Assembly (NCBI GenBank): GCA_031373525.1 | Contig: JANMMS010000092.1 | Coordinates: 4,542-68,541, forward strand | Reading direction: 5' to 3' | Length of the DNA: 64,000 nt | DNA from: Ferruginibacter sp. | GTDB taxonomy: Bacteria > Bacteroidota > Bacteroidia > Chitinophagales > Chitinophagaceae | In this document: one piece after another, positions 37,948 through 48,085 of the stretch | How the letters are laid out: each line of letters starts with the position of its first letter | Numbering within the stretch: the first letter of the stretch is position 1 | Notes under the pieces: generated by a model | Database searches by the model: none | What the model was told of the DNA's origin: nothing | What the model saw: only the letters and a program-made list of their open reading frames with translations | Made by a program: the position numbers and the translations under genes

Positions 37948-40482
37948 ATGATTGAAACATTAAAAAACACTCGTAAGGGGAAATCTACTTCCAGGCAGGT
38001 ACAGAATGAAAATAATATTACTGCTAGCAATAAGTCCTACTTCCAGCAACGTATGGAGCTGCTGGGGATCACTGATGATATCAATAAGATTGCACTGCAT
38101 AAAACGGAGCTGCAGACTGGAAATGATATCATGGAAGATGTGCAGATCTTCCGGGAGGTTGACCAGGGAATTGAAATACTTGTATATACACTCGACCGGC
38201 TAACAATAAGAATTGAAAAGAGCGGGGGCAAACAGAAGAAAGATTTTTCAATGACCAGGTTAAAGGATCCTATCATTAAAGACAATGATATAATAAAATA
38301 TCTAATACCAAAAGGCGCTGGTACACATCCATTCTTTCCCCCCGGCGTGGTTGATAAATATGAGATGGGTGAGCAGATCCACACACTCTTCCTGGTAGAA
38401 GGATATTTTAAAGCTTTCAAAGCGGCCATGCATGGGGCCGATATCATCGGGCTGAGCAGCATTACCCACATGAAAGAAACCGGTAAGAATAACCTGCACA
38501 CGGAGATCCTTAAATTAATGACCACGTGCAACGTGCAGCGCATGGTTTGGCTTACCGATGGCGATGCCTTAGATATCAGCCAGAAGGAATTAACTGACGG
38601 CCTTGACCTTTACAAACGGCCTAATGGCTTTTTTCAATCGGTAAATACATTCAAAACATTATTATCTGACTATGATAATATTGAAAAATGGTTTTTCCAT
38701 ATTGATACAGACAGACTTTTTAACGACAATAATAAATTAGACCGGGCAAATCTTAAAGGTATTGATGATCTGCTGATCAGCTTCCAGGATAAAACTGCAG
38801 ATATCATCCAGGATCTGCAATCCGTAGGTAATAATAGTTACTATTTTCAAAAATTCAATGTAAGCTATGGCCTGGGTAAAGTTCATTCACATTTTCACCT
38901 GGCAGATGTAAAAGAATTTTATTTATACCATGTAGAGCGCCGTCCGGAACTGAAAAACAAAGAATTCATTTTTAATGGTACCAGGTATATATACAATGAA
39001 GAAACGGGCAATTGTGATATCAAAATGCCAAAAGATGCAGCTTCATATTTTAGAAGTGGAGATCTTTATTTTGAATTTATCCATAAACCAAATCAGCACC
39101 ACGAAATTGAAACTATCATTGAACAAAGGCAAAAATCCACCATTGTTGATGATCATGGAAAAACTTTCTTAAAATACATTAAAAAGTACAAAAGCTTTTG
39201 TAATGTACCGGATCATGTTTCTTATCAGCAGGTAATTAATAATTGTTTCAATCTCTATAGCCCCTTAGAAATTGGGCCACTTGATGAACCATGTGGCCCG
39301 GAGGATTGCCCTACAATCATTTCATTTCTTACCCATTTATTTGGAGAAAACAAAATAGGGTATGAAGACACGGAAACAAATCAAACGAAGGAGTATATCA
39401 CAATTGATTTAGCCCTAGATTATTTACAGCTGCTATATCAAAAACCTCAACAAAAACTACCTATACTTTGCCTGGTAAGTAAAGAAAATAATACGGGTAA
39501 AAGCACCTTCGCTGATTTTTTAAGAAACTTTTTAGGAGCAAATGTTGCCATTGTTGGAAACAGCGACTTGGCAGGTGATTTTAATGCTCACTGGGCCAGC
39601 AAAAATGTGGTGATATGTGATGAAACAAAAATAGATAAGCAGCATGTGGTAGAAAAGATAAAAAGCCTTAGCACTTCAAAAAAAATATTTATGAACGCTA
39701 AGGGCCGGGGCCAAGTAGAATTAGATTGCTTTATAAAGTTTGTACTCATAACAAATAATGAAGAAACTTTTATTTATGCAAGTGAAGAAGATATCAGGTA
39801 TTGGGTAATAAAAGTGCCTGTATTGAAAAAAGAAAACCCATTGATCATTGATCAACTAAAACAGGAAATCCCAATGTTTTTAAGTATGCTAAATAAAAGG
39901 AAGTTAGCTACAGAACATAAAAATCGGATGTGGTTTCATCCGCAATTATTGAAAACCGATGCCCTGGTAAAACTTGTAGAAAAAACAAAGCCTTCTGCAG
40001 AAAAACAGATCCGGCATTATATAAGGGAAATGTTTTTTAATACTGAGTATGATGAAATTTTAATGAGCACCACCGATATCATAAAAGAGGTTTTTAATGG
40101 CAGTTCAAAATATGATGCCGATTATATAAACGGCATTTTAAAATCAAACATGAAAATTGATAAATATCATGTTTGGAAAGTTGAGGGGTGCAAAGATAAT
40201 TATGATAAACAAAGCGAAGCTATTTTATATGCAGAATCAAAGGGTTTAAATGCTACCAGTGCAGTCGTTAAAAATTATATTTCTAAACGCTATACTTATC
40301 CAAAAAATGAAGAAGTTTTTGAAGAAAAAAAGGGAAAGGTTTTGAAAATAGTAAGTATTACTGTTGACAAGCCTGGGAGGCCATTTTTGTTTAAACAGAA
40401 TATGTTTTTAAGCCCGGAAGAAATTCAGGAAATTAAATCGACACTTAATGATTATGAGGATCCGGAATTACCGTTTCATTAA
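37948..40482 (+). CDS. Primase-helicase (Toprim-like N-terminal domain plus P4/D5-type SF3 helicase)
   Basis: Toprim-like LFLVEGYFKAF...WLTDGDALD. Walker A KENNTGKSTF, Walker B VVICDET, then FVLITNNEE. The start is taken at MIETLKNTRKG. Confidence 0.75.
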   Translation: MIETLKNTRKGKSTSRQVQNENNITASNKSYFQQRMELLGITDDINKIALHKTELQTGNDIMEDVQIFREVDQGIEILVYTLDRLTIRIEKSGGKQKKDFSMTRLKDPIIKDNDIIKYLIPKGAGTHPFFPPGVVDKYEMGEQIHTLFLVEGYFKAFKAAMHGADIIGLSSITHMKETGKNNLHTEILKLMTTCNVQRMVWLTDGDALDISQKELTDGLDLYKRPNGFFQSVNTFKTLLSDYDNIEKWFFHIDTDRLFNDNNKLDRANLKGIDDLLISFQDKTADIIQDLQSVGNNSYYFQKFNVSYGLGKVHSHFHLADVKEFYLYHVERRPELKNKEFIFNGTRYIYNEETGNCDIKMPKDAASYFRSGDLYFEFIHKPNQHHEIETIIEQRQKSTIVDDHGKTFLKYIKKYKSFCNVPDHVSYQQVINNCFNLYSPLEIGPLDEPCGPEDCPTIISFLTHLFGENKIGYEDTETNQTKEYITIDLALDYLQLLYQKPQQKLPILCLVSKENNTGKSTFADFLRNFLGANVAIVGNSDLAGDFNAHWASKNVVICDETKIDKQHVVEKIKSLSTSKKIFMNAKGRGQVELDCFIKFVLITNNEETFIYASEEDIRYWVIKVPVLKKENPLIIDQLKQEIPMFLSMLNKRKLATEHKNRMWFHPQLLKTDALVKLVEKTKPSAEKQIRHYIREMFFNTEYDEILMSTTDIIKEVFNGSSKYDADYINGILKSNMKIDKYHVWKVEGCKDNYDKQSEAILYAESKGLNATSAVVKNYISKRYTYPKNEEVFEEKKGKVLKIVSITVDKPGRPFLFKQNMFLSPEEIQEIKSTLNDYEDPELPFH

Positions 40483-40504
40483 AAATTTAATTGATCTATA
40501 AATG

Positions 40505-40690
40505 TTGTTACAATTGTTACAAAGCATTCAAAAAATGAGAAAAAGCAATATAGATAAAGGTTTTACGCTGTAACAGTATTTTTTATGGCTGTTACATTCT
40601 GTTACATTCTGTTACATTTATCTGTTACATATTTTACTATGTTAAAGTAAAGAATATCAAATAGTTAGTAAAATGTAACAATTGTAACAA
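40505..40690. repeat. Iteron block (putative replication origin)
   Basis: ttgttacaattgttaca (40505-40521) is the exact reverse complement of tgtaacaattgtaacaa (40674-40690). Between them lie ctgtaacag (40568) and four direct ctgttacat copies at 40589, 40599, 40609 and 40622. Confidence 0.7.
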
Positions 40691-40741
40691 AAAAATAGAG
40701 GGTTTGGGAGATACCTTTTTTTAAAAAGTAAAAGCAAAAAA

Positions 40742-41140
40742 ATGAATAAAAAGAAAATAGAAACATTACTCCCTTTTACAATTATTCAGGGCTTGGAATA
40801 TGAGGGCACTGTAAGCAATGCAATTCATATTACCAGGATGTACCCACATCAGACTTCATTTGTAAGCATGTATGAGCCAGGTATGTTAGAGGCTAGAATT
40901 CCAAACATTCATTTATCTAAGGAATTGAAAGCTTTAGTAATTAGGAACTGCTATTTTCCTAAGCATACAGAAGCTATTAAAAAATTAATTGCCCAGGATG
41001 AAATTTCATTTTTAGAACCGGGCAATAAAGAGAAACAAAAAATTAAACGGCCAGCAATAGTTATCTGTACTTCTACTGACCTGGAAGAAATACCGATGGA
41101 TATTTTTCCAGACAAAGTGGGTTTATTAAAATGCGGTTGA
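40742..41140 (+). CDS. Hypothetical protein
   Basis: 132-aa ORF, first gene after the iteron block. No motif recognised. Confidence 0.45.
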   Translation: MNKKKIETLLPFTIIQGLEYEGTVSNAIHITRMYPHQTSFVSMYEPGMLEARIPNIHLSKELKALVIRNCYFPKHTEAIKKLIAQDEISFLEPGNKEKQKIKRPAIVICTSTDLEEIPMDIFPDKVGLLKCG

Positions 41141-41592
41141 TTGAAAGTAAAAATTTAAAATATTATTTTATGGATAGCAAGTGGTTAAAATCAATTATTG
41201 TGCAGAATCAATTGTCAAAAAGAGATTCATGTAAAATATTAAATATGACAGAAGAAGAATTTAATGCAATCGATTTATTGGATGAATTGCCGGAAAAAAT
41301 ATCTCTCCAAATTTTTGAAACCCTTGATTTACATTATATAGTTCCTTCTGGTTTAAGTATTGAATATTATAATTATTTAAAGTTTTTAAATAAAAAAACT
41401 ATTGAAAATGAAAGGCTTCTTGAGCAAATAAAAAATTTAATTAAGGTGCTGGAAGTTGATAAAAACAGGCTAAAAGAACAAATTGAAAAGAAAGATCAAA
41501 TAATAAAAAAACTAGAAGAAAAAATTGAGTTTGATCAGGCCGAAAACATTGAACTGGAAAATTTAGTGAAAAAACTAAGGCGCTTAAAATGA
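41131..41592 (+). CDS. Hypothetical protein with a C-terminal coiled coil
   Basis: 153-aa ORF overlapping the previous ORF by 10 nt, with heptad-like LLEQIKNLIKVLEVDKNRLKEQIEKKDQIIKKLEEKIE. The start could be the Met at 41170. Confidence 0.45.
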   Translation: MRLIESKNLKYYFMDSKWLKSIIVQNQLSKRDSCKILNMTEEEFNAIDLLDELPEKISLQIFETLDLHYIVPSGLSIEYYNYLKFLNKKTIENERLLEQIKNLIKVLEVDKNRLKEQIEKKDQIIKKLEEKIEFDQAENIELENLVKKLRRLK

Positions 41593-41620
41593 GTATTAAA
41601 TTATAAAAAAAATCCTTTTT

Positions 41621-41869
41621 ATGAAACCGGAAACAGCTATTAAAAATGATATTCCTATAGTGATTAGCACTAAAGCTTTGGCGCAAAGAAAAGAATTTGA
41701 AAAAATTATAGATCAATTAAAGAAACAAAATGATACTATTTCAAAAATGAATAAAAAAAACATCTTGTTAATTTCTCAGCAAAATGAGCGAATTGCCTTT
41801 ATTAATAAAAAAATTGAGATGTTTAGAAAAAGCTTAATAATTGCTTGGGGTAAATCACTAAAAGTTTAA
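41621..41869 (+). CDS. Hypothetical small protein
   Basis: 82-aa ORF, same strand and tightly packed. Confidence 0.4.
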   Translation: MKPETAIKNDIPIVISTKALAQRKEFEKIIDQLKKQNDTISKMNKKNILLISQQNERIAFINKKIEMFRKSLIIAWGKSLKV

Positions 41870-42015
41870 AATTAAAAAAAGTGGTAAAAACTAATTGTAA
41901 TAACCGGCATGAAGTGGATACATACATTCATTTTCCAGCAAACAGAGTGTCCTTTTCAATCGTATTTTATGAATTTAATTTTGAAAGGATTAAGATATAA
42001 AACTTAAGTAAAGTT

Positions 42016-45000
42016 ATGAGCGTACGTACAGATGTTATAAACCTCAATGTTAATGTAAATGGCAATAAGGCCCAGAATGACCTAAATAACTTGCGTAAAC
42101 GAGCTGCAGATGTGAAATTTGAAATGGAAGGTCTTAAAAAGGGTACAGCTGAATACATTGCCAAAAGCAAAGAACTGGCCCAGGTAAATACACAAATGGT
42201 TGCATTAAAAAAAGAGATTGGCCTTGCTTCCCTTACTCAAAAAGAACTTACTGCAGAACTTAATAAATTAAAGGCACTACGTGGCTCAGTGATCCCGTTT
42301 TCAAATGAATACAAAGAATTAAGCAAATCTATTGACCAGGTGGGGAAAAGGCTTAATGACGTTAAAAATGGCGTACAAGGTTTTTCTTCTTTCTTCTCAA
42401 AAATAAAAGATGAAGTAAAACAATTTGGAGTAGTGGCCGCCGGATACCTGGGCTTCCAGTTTCTCACATCCCAGTTTCAAAATATTATCCGTGGTGCAGG
42501 CAAAATGAGCGATCAGCTTGCAGATCTTCGCCGGGTGGCCGGATTAACTGGTGATGAAGCTGTAAATCTCAACAACCGGTTTAAAGAACTGAATACACGT
42601 ACAAGTACCGAAGGCCTCCGGGAGATTGCCATCATTGCCGGTAAGCTTGGCGTGGCAAAGGATGACATCTTTGATTTTACTGCAGCAGTAGATAAGCTCG
42701 TTGTTTCCTTGGGCGATGAATTAGGTAATGCAGAGCAGATCACCAGCCAGCTGGGAAAAATATTGAATGTTTTCAATGGAGAAATATCTGCCGATGGAAT
42801 TACAAAACTCGGTAATGCATTTGTAGAATTAGCCAATACAGGAAGCGCTACCGGTGGTTTTATTGCCGACTTTGATCAGCGCCTCAGTGGTATTGCAAAA
42901 AGTGCCGGTATTAGCCTGGGCGCATTAAGTGGGCTCGGTGCCGGGCTGGAAGAAATGGGTGGCAGGGTAGAAAGCAGCGCCACATCTATACAAAAATTAG
43001 TAGTCAACATTGCTTCTGATATTCCTGCAGCTGCAAAAATTGCCGGCCAGTCAACACAGGAATTTGATAAACTTTTCAAACTGGATCCCACCGAAGCCAT
43101 TTTAAAATATAGCGAAGGGCTTGTAAAAAACAAGCAATCATTTTCAGAGGTTACAGCTTCTTTAAAAGATGCCGGCGAAGAAGGTGCCCGTTACATTGAA
43201 ACCATTTCAAAACTTGGTACCGGTGCCGATCAGCTTCGTAAACGTATTGACCTGGGAAAACAATCCATACAGGAAAGTTCTGCTATTACAGAAGCATTTA
43301 CCTTAAAAAATGAAACCTTTGGAGCTTCCCTTGATAAGTTGGGAAAAGAATTTAATAAACTTACTACTTCGCCCGGTGTAACTGGATTTTTAAAAGTTGC
43401 GGTAGAAGGTGCACTTGCATTTATAAGAGCAATTAAAGCAATACCATTTCCAATTACAATAGGAGCTTTTACAACATTGACAGGAATAATTTTATTATAT
43501 GCAGCTGCGAAAGTAAAAGCATTCGTAGCTACAGCAAGGCACACAGCAGCAGAATTAATTAGCAGTGCTGTACTTAAAGCAAAAGCGATTGCGACTGAAA
43601 TTGCTACAAGGGCTCAATTAGCTGCAATTATTGCAACAGATCTTTTTACTGGAAAAATAAAATTGGCTGCAGCTGCACAACAATTTTATTCCTATGTCCT
43701 CGCTGGTAGTTTAGGCCCTATTGGAATTTTAATAAGTCTTGTAGGAGGATTAGCAGCAGGATATCTTTTGATGTCTAATAGCCAAAGAAAACTTACTTCT
43801 GAACAACGTGCAGCGAATGATCTCTCTAAAGAAGCTGCTTCTATTTACTCAGACCAGGTTAATACAGTTGAGCGACTTAAAAAAATTCTGGAAGATGAAA
43901 ATGCAAGCCTTAATTTAAAAAAAGAAGCATATAAACAACTCATAGCTATTCATCCTGAATTTGCAAAAACACTCAGCTTGGATGAAACCGGGCACTTAAA
44001 AGGAGCAGAAGCTATTAACGTTTATATAAAATCTCTAAAAGATAAAGCTGAAGTACAAGCTGCAGAAACACTATCTAATAAAGCATACCAGGAGATTCTT
44101 GAAAAACAGCAGGAATTAACTGAAGTAAATAATAAGTTTTTCATCCAGGGCAGAAAGCATGAGCGCCTGAATTTGTTGGAAGAAATTGCCGACCTGCAGA
44201 AAAAGAAAGATTATTACGATAACATCATTGCTCAAAAAATATCTGCTAATTCAAGTACTGCAATTGGTACAAATACTGGCAGCAATAGTGGAAATGCTGC
44301 AGCCATTGCAGTAAAAACTATTGCTGTTATAAAAGCTAGGTTGAAAGAACTCGATGATGCCTATGAGAACATTGATATCAGCAATAAAAAAGCCCTGGCA
44401 TCAAACCGGGCAGCTCGAAAATCCCTCCAGGATGAACTGGATGCATTGGAAGGTAAAAAATCACCCGGACAAAAATCGGATGACAGTGAATACAAACGCC
44501 TGAAAGCCGAAGCTGAAAAATTTTATAAGGACATAAAGGCTTTGAAAAATCGGGTTGATGCAGGTGATAACCCAGAAGAGCAGGAAATACAAAGAGCCAC
44601 TGCCAAATATGAAGAGTTGCTGCTGAAGGCGAAGAATTATTTTATTAAATCGGCCAGCAGTAAAAAGACTTTCAATGAGGAAGAAAAAATAATTGAAGAA
44701 GCACAGCAGAAAGAACTGAATGCCATATTTCAAAAATATTTTAAAAAGCGTTTTGAAGAAAGCAGTGCAAAAGAATATGAGGACAGCCTTACTGCCAGGC
44801 ATGAATTTTCTGATCAGTTAAAAGTTGCTGCAGCTAAAGATTATGCCGATGGTAAAATCTCTAAAATACAGTATGCTGCAGAAATTAAGCAGATAGATAA
44901 AAATGAAACAGCCGATCGTATCATTATTGCCGAAGACTATAGCGGCACCGTAAAAAAAGCTGCCAGCGATGTAAGGCAATTCCGTAAAAAAGAAGAAGAG

Positions 45001-46209
45001 CAAACCACCGCAGATCTCATAACAGAATCAGAAGCCAGGGTACAGGTAGCTGCTGATGAAGAAGCTGCAAAACTCCGCCGGGCGGTACTAACAACCAAGC
45101 CGGGATCTACAGCAAATTTAAATGCCCGAAAAGCTGAATTAAAATATGAAGAGGAACTGGAAGTGCAGGCTGCCAAAGATAAGTATGCAGCACTTGGGAC
45201 GGTTATTGGCGAAGAAAGTGAAATCATTATGGAGATCCGGGCTGATTTTGCTCAAAGGCAAGAAGAGGCTGAAGGTAATCATTGGCAAAATTTGATAGAT
45301 AAGATAATGCAATATGTGGCGTATTTCCAACGTGCAATTAATAGCCTTAACCAATATATAACTAATCGTGAAACTGCCCAGTTTGCAAAAGAAAAAAAAC
45401 TGAATGATTTAAAAAGAAAAGAATTAAAAAAGCAATTTGATAATAAACTACTCAGTCAGGCTCAGTATGATAAAAAACTGAATGAACTGAATGAAGAGCA
45501 GGATAAAAGAGAACGTGAATTTGCAAGAAAAAGAGCAAAGCGAGAAAAGGCAATTGCTCTTTTTGGGGCCATTGTGAATACCGCTGCAGCTGTAGCAAAA
45601 GCATTAGCGGGAAATTTCCCTGTGCCTGTAAATATAGCTTTTGCTGCTCTGGCCGCTGTTTTAGGTGCATTGGAAATAGCAGCCATTGCCAGCCAACCCT
45701 TGCCCGAAGCAGGCCGTGGTAAATGGTTTACTGAAGGAGATAAGCATAGCGATGCTTCAGGGGGTATTCCTATAAAAATTGAAAGAGATGAAGCAGTAGT
45801 TACGGCTGCTGCTATGACAGATAATAAAGAATACATGGTACGGGGTACACCTGCCCAGATTACCAGCGCCCTTAACAGCCAGGCAGGTGGGGTAAACTGG
45901 GCAGGTGGCGCCATCATTAAAAAGATGAGCCATATAACAGATCGGCCAGCAATTATTAACCCTGGGCTTCCCGTACAGCTTAAACAATTTGGGTATGGTA
46001 ATAGTGAAAATGGTAATCAAAATCAAAATATCGAAGGTGAATTAAATTCAATGCGCTCTGATTTTGTAAACGAAATAAAAGGCTTACGAGCAGATATGAA
46101 CACCTGGCAAATAAATCTTAAAGCACACGTTGTTTTACGAGATCTTAAAGACAAAGAAAAACTTTATGAGTCTTCTAAAAATTTAAGTGGTTTATCGAAA
46201 GCTAGTTAA
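42016..46209 (+). CDS. Phage tail tape-measure-like protein
   Basis: 1397 aa. The core GKMSDQLADLRRVAGLTGDEAVNLNNRFKELNTRTSTEGLREIAIIAGKLGVAKDDIFDFTAAVDKLVVSLGDELGNAEQITSQLGKILNVF resembles the TP901-type TMP core region. It also has hydrophobic Ala/Gly-rich helices and a very long Lys/Glu coiled coil. Confidence 0.65.
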   Translation: MSVRTDVINLNVNVNGNKAQNDLNNLRKRAADVKFEMEGLKKGTAEYIAKSKELAQVNTQMVALKKEIGLASLTQKELTAELNKLKALRGSVIPFSNEYKELSKSIDQVGKRLNDVKNGVQGFSSFFSKIKDEVKQFGVVAAGYLGFQFLTSQFQNIIRGAGKMSDQLADLRRVAGLTGDEAVNLNNRFKELNTRTSTEGLREIAIIAGKLGVAKDDIFDFTAAVDKLVVSLGDELGNAEQITSQLGKILNVFNGEISADGITKLGNAFVELANTGSATGGFIADFDQRLSGIAKSAGISLGALSGLGAGLEEMGGRVESSATSIQKLVVNIASDIPAAAKIAGQSTQEFDKLFKLDPTEAILKYSEGLVKNKQSFSEVTASLKDAGEEGARYIETISKLGTGADQLRKRIDLGKQSIQESSAITEAFTLKNETFGASLDKLGKEFNKLTTSPGVTGFLKVAVEGALAFIRAIKAIPFPITIGAFTTLTGIILLYAAAKVKAFVATARHTAAELISSAVLKAKAIATEIATRAQLAAIIATDLFTGKIKLAAAAQQFYSYVLAGSLGPIGILISLVGGLAAGYLLMSNSQRKLTSEQRAANDLSKEAASIYSDQVNTVERLKKILEDENASLNLKKEAYKQLIAIHPEFAKTLSLDETGHLKGAEAINVYIKSLKDKAEVQAAETLSNKAYQEILEKQQELTEVNNKFFIQGRKHERLNLLEEIADLQKKKDYYDNIIAQKISANSSTAIGTNTGSNSGNAAAIAVKTIAVIKARLKELDDAYENIDISNKKALASNRAARKSLQDELDALEGKKSPGQKSDDSEYKRLKAEAEKFYKDIKALKNRVDAGDNPEEQEIQRATAKYEELLLKAKNYFIKSASSKKTFNEEEKIIEEAQQKELNAIFQKYFKKRFEESSAKEYEDSLTARHEFSDQLKVAAAKDYADGKISKIQYAAEIKQIDKNETADRIIIAEDYSGTVKKAASDVRQFRKKEEEQTTADLITESEARVQVAADEEAAKLRRAVLTTKPGSTANLNARKAELKYEEELEVQAAKDKYAALGTVIGEESEIIMEIRADFAQRQEEAEGNHWQNLIDKIMQYVAYFQRAINSLNQYITNRETAQFAKEKKLNDLKRKELKKQFDNKLLSQAQYDKKLNELNEEQDKREREFARKRAKREKAIALFGAIVNTAAAVAKALAGNFPVPVNIAFAALAAVLGALEIAAIASQPLPEAGRGKWFTEGDKHSDASGGIPIKIERDEAVVTAAAMTDNKEYMVRGTPAQITSALNSQAGGVNWAGGAIIKKMSHITDRPAIINPGLPVQLKQFGYGNSENGNQNQNIEGELNSMRSDFVNEIKGLRADMNTWQINLKAHVVLRDLKDKEKLYESSKNLSGLSKAS

Positions 46210-46222
46210 TAAAGGCTGAAAT

Positions 46223-46480
46223 ATGAATTCAAAAACAGAAAATAGCAATGAAAGGATTGAATTTCTAGAAAAATACTTTCTTGAAAATTTTATTCCTGTA
46301 GAAGCAAGTGAAAAGGATATCATTTTCATGTCAACGAATGAAATTTATAATTCGTTTTATTCTTTATTTCCTTCTGATGAATTAAATAAAGAGATGCTTT
46401 TCTCCTGGTTAATGAAAGGTGGGTTTAAATTTATTGACATGGGTAAAATGCAGTTTGAGTGGATGCTACATACTAAGTAA
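46223..46480 (+). CDS. Hypothetical small protein
   Basis: 85-aa ORF, 14 nt after the TMP-like stop. Confidence 0.4.
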   Translation: MNSKTENSNERIEFLEKYFLENFIPVEASEKDIIFMSTNEIYNSFYSLFPSDELNKEMLFSWLMKGGFKFIDMGKMQFEWMLHTK

Positions 46481-46522
46481 ACAATTTTTATAACATAATA
46501 ATTAACAAAATAAAAAAACAAC

Positions 46523-47182
46523 ATGGAAAATCTATTAATTGATTTCAATAAATCTGGTTATGAATCAGAAATATTATCATTGGAAACTTTGAAAATTTGC
46601 TTTGAAAAGGTAATTGAACATTACAATTTACTTGGACTTGGACACTTTGAAACAAAGGATTTCCATAATTTATTATTAAATACAGAAAAATTCTTGTTTG
46701 ATAATTTAATGAAAGACAAACAGGATAATATTTCAGGTTTGCCAGTTTCAAAAGAAAAAATGTTTGAAATAATGGAAAAACCTACGGGTTATTATTCTTT
46801 AATATCCGAAATTAAAGATATTAACGAAAAAATTTCATCAAAAATAAAATCTCAATACCTGAAATTATATACAGGTTGTTCACAAAAAAAGGTTATAGAT
46901 TTTTTTGATTTCGATGCTAAAGGGGCAATTATCATAAAACAGAAAAAGATTGACCAGGCTAAAAAGCTTTATGAATTGTATGCAACAACAGAGCAATCAA
47001 AAACAGCCTTTTTGCTTGCTACAAAAGTTTGTGAACTTTTAAATAAAAGTGGGTTATTTCAAAGCCATAATGATTATTATACAAATAACAGACAGGTTGA
47101 AAAAATAATGGAATGCATTAAAATTGAAGGCAAATGTGAAAATGCCGCAAAAATTAATATTAATAAAATAAAGTATTTTTAA
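46523..47182 (+). CDS. Hypothetical protein
   Basis: 219-aa ORF with no motif recognised. Confidence 0.45.
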   Translation: MENLLIDFNKSGYESEILSLETLKICFEKVIEHYNLLGLGHFETKDFHNLLLNTEKFLFDNLMKDKQDNISGLPVSKEKMFEIMEKPTGYYSLISEIKDINEKISSKIKSQYLKLYTGCSQKKVIDFFDFDAKGAIIIKQKKIDQAKKLYELYATTEQSKTAFLLATKVCELLNKSGLFQSHNDYYTNNRQVEKIMECIKIEGKCENAAKININKIKYF

Positions 47183-47258
47183 TTAATAAATTCAAAAGCA
47201 AATCCTGATATTACTAATCAACTATCGTCTGAACAGACGATAGTTATAAAAATTTTAT

Positions 47259-47474
47259 ATGAATCCTAATACAGCTATTAAAAATGAAAATTCTAAAAAG
47301 ACACCTACAGATACAATTGAGTTTGAAGGAAAAGAATATAAGTGGCAACGTGGAAGTTTCCAGCTGCCCGGTGATACCACAGTTTACATTTCCAAAGATG
47401 TTTGTAATGATTTTACTATTATTAAGCGCCTTATAGACATTGATGGACAATCTATTTTAAGAGAATTATATTAA
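47259..47474 (+). CDS. Hypothetical small protein
   Basis: 71-aa ORF. Confidence 0.35.
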   Translation: MNPNTAIKNENSKKTPTDTIEFEGKEYKWQRGSFQLPGDTTVYISKDVCNDFTIIKRLIDIDGQSILRELY

Positions 47475-47533
47475 AAGTTTGTAAAATCAAATATTATTTA
47501 TAATCAGGTGACTGGTATCCTGCAGGTGCCTGA

Positions 47534-48031
47534 TTATAAATAAGTAAATGTTTTCTTAAAATACTTTGTGTACAATAAACTTTTTCCTGTAGCAATACGA
47601 TACCGGTAATAACATTTCCTCATACTGTCATCACTCCAGGCTTCTTTATCAATGCCTATTCTCTTTCTTACTTCAGGTAAATTACTTTGAAAGTTTGGAA
47701 GTGTCGAAATCATATCATCCATTAAAGTATGAAAGCGGCCTTTTATTATAGTTTCTATAAAAATGTTGAAGTTTTTTATATTGCTCTCATTCAGGTTTGC
47801 ACCAAATCGGCGAAATTCTTTCACAGGAATGTATATACGTAACATTTCAGTGTAGTACTTGCATCTAAAAGATGTTCTACGTTGGTTAGTTGAATGTTGT
47901 AACAAATCATGCATCTTTTGCCCGATTTCCATACCACGAGTTTTCATAATAGGCTTTGATCCAAATTTTGTAAATATATAAGCTCTTATATATTTCTTTG
48001 TGGGAATATCGACTGGAACAAATCCTTTCAT
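47534..48031 (-). CDS. Hypothetical protein
   Basis: 165-aa ORF downstream of, and co-oriented with, the S49 peptidase gene. Confidence 0.45.
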   Translation of the reverse strand: MKGFVPVDIPTKKYIRAYIFTKFGSKPIMKTRGMEIGQKMHDLLQHSTNQRRTSFRCKYYTEMLRIYIPVKEFRRFGANLNESNIKNFNIFIETIIKGRFHTLMDDMISTLPNFQSNLPEVRKRIGIDKEAWSDDSMRKCYYRYRIATGKSLLYTKYFKKTFTYL

Positions 48032-48085
48032 TGCAGTTTAATAGTTTTCTGTAAAATAAAGAATTATATAAAAGAATCAATTATT

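Noticed and set aside
42237-46026. About ten antisense ORFs (60-151 aa) inside the tape-measure-like gene.
   Set aside because: They are shadow ORFs created by the Ala/Lys/Glu-rich codon usage of the long sense frame. None has its own start context or a recognisable motif.
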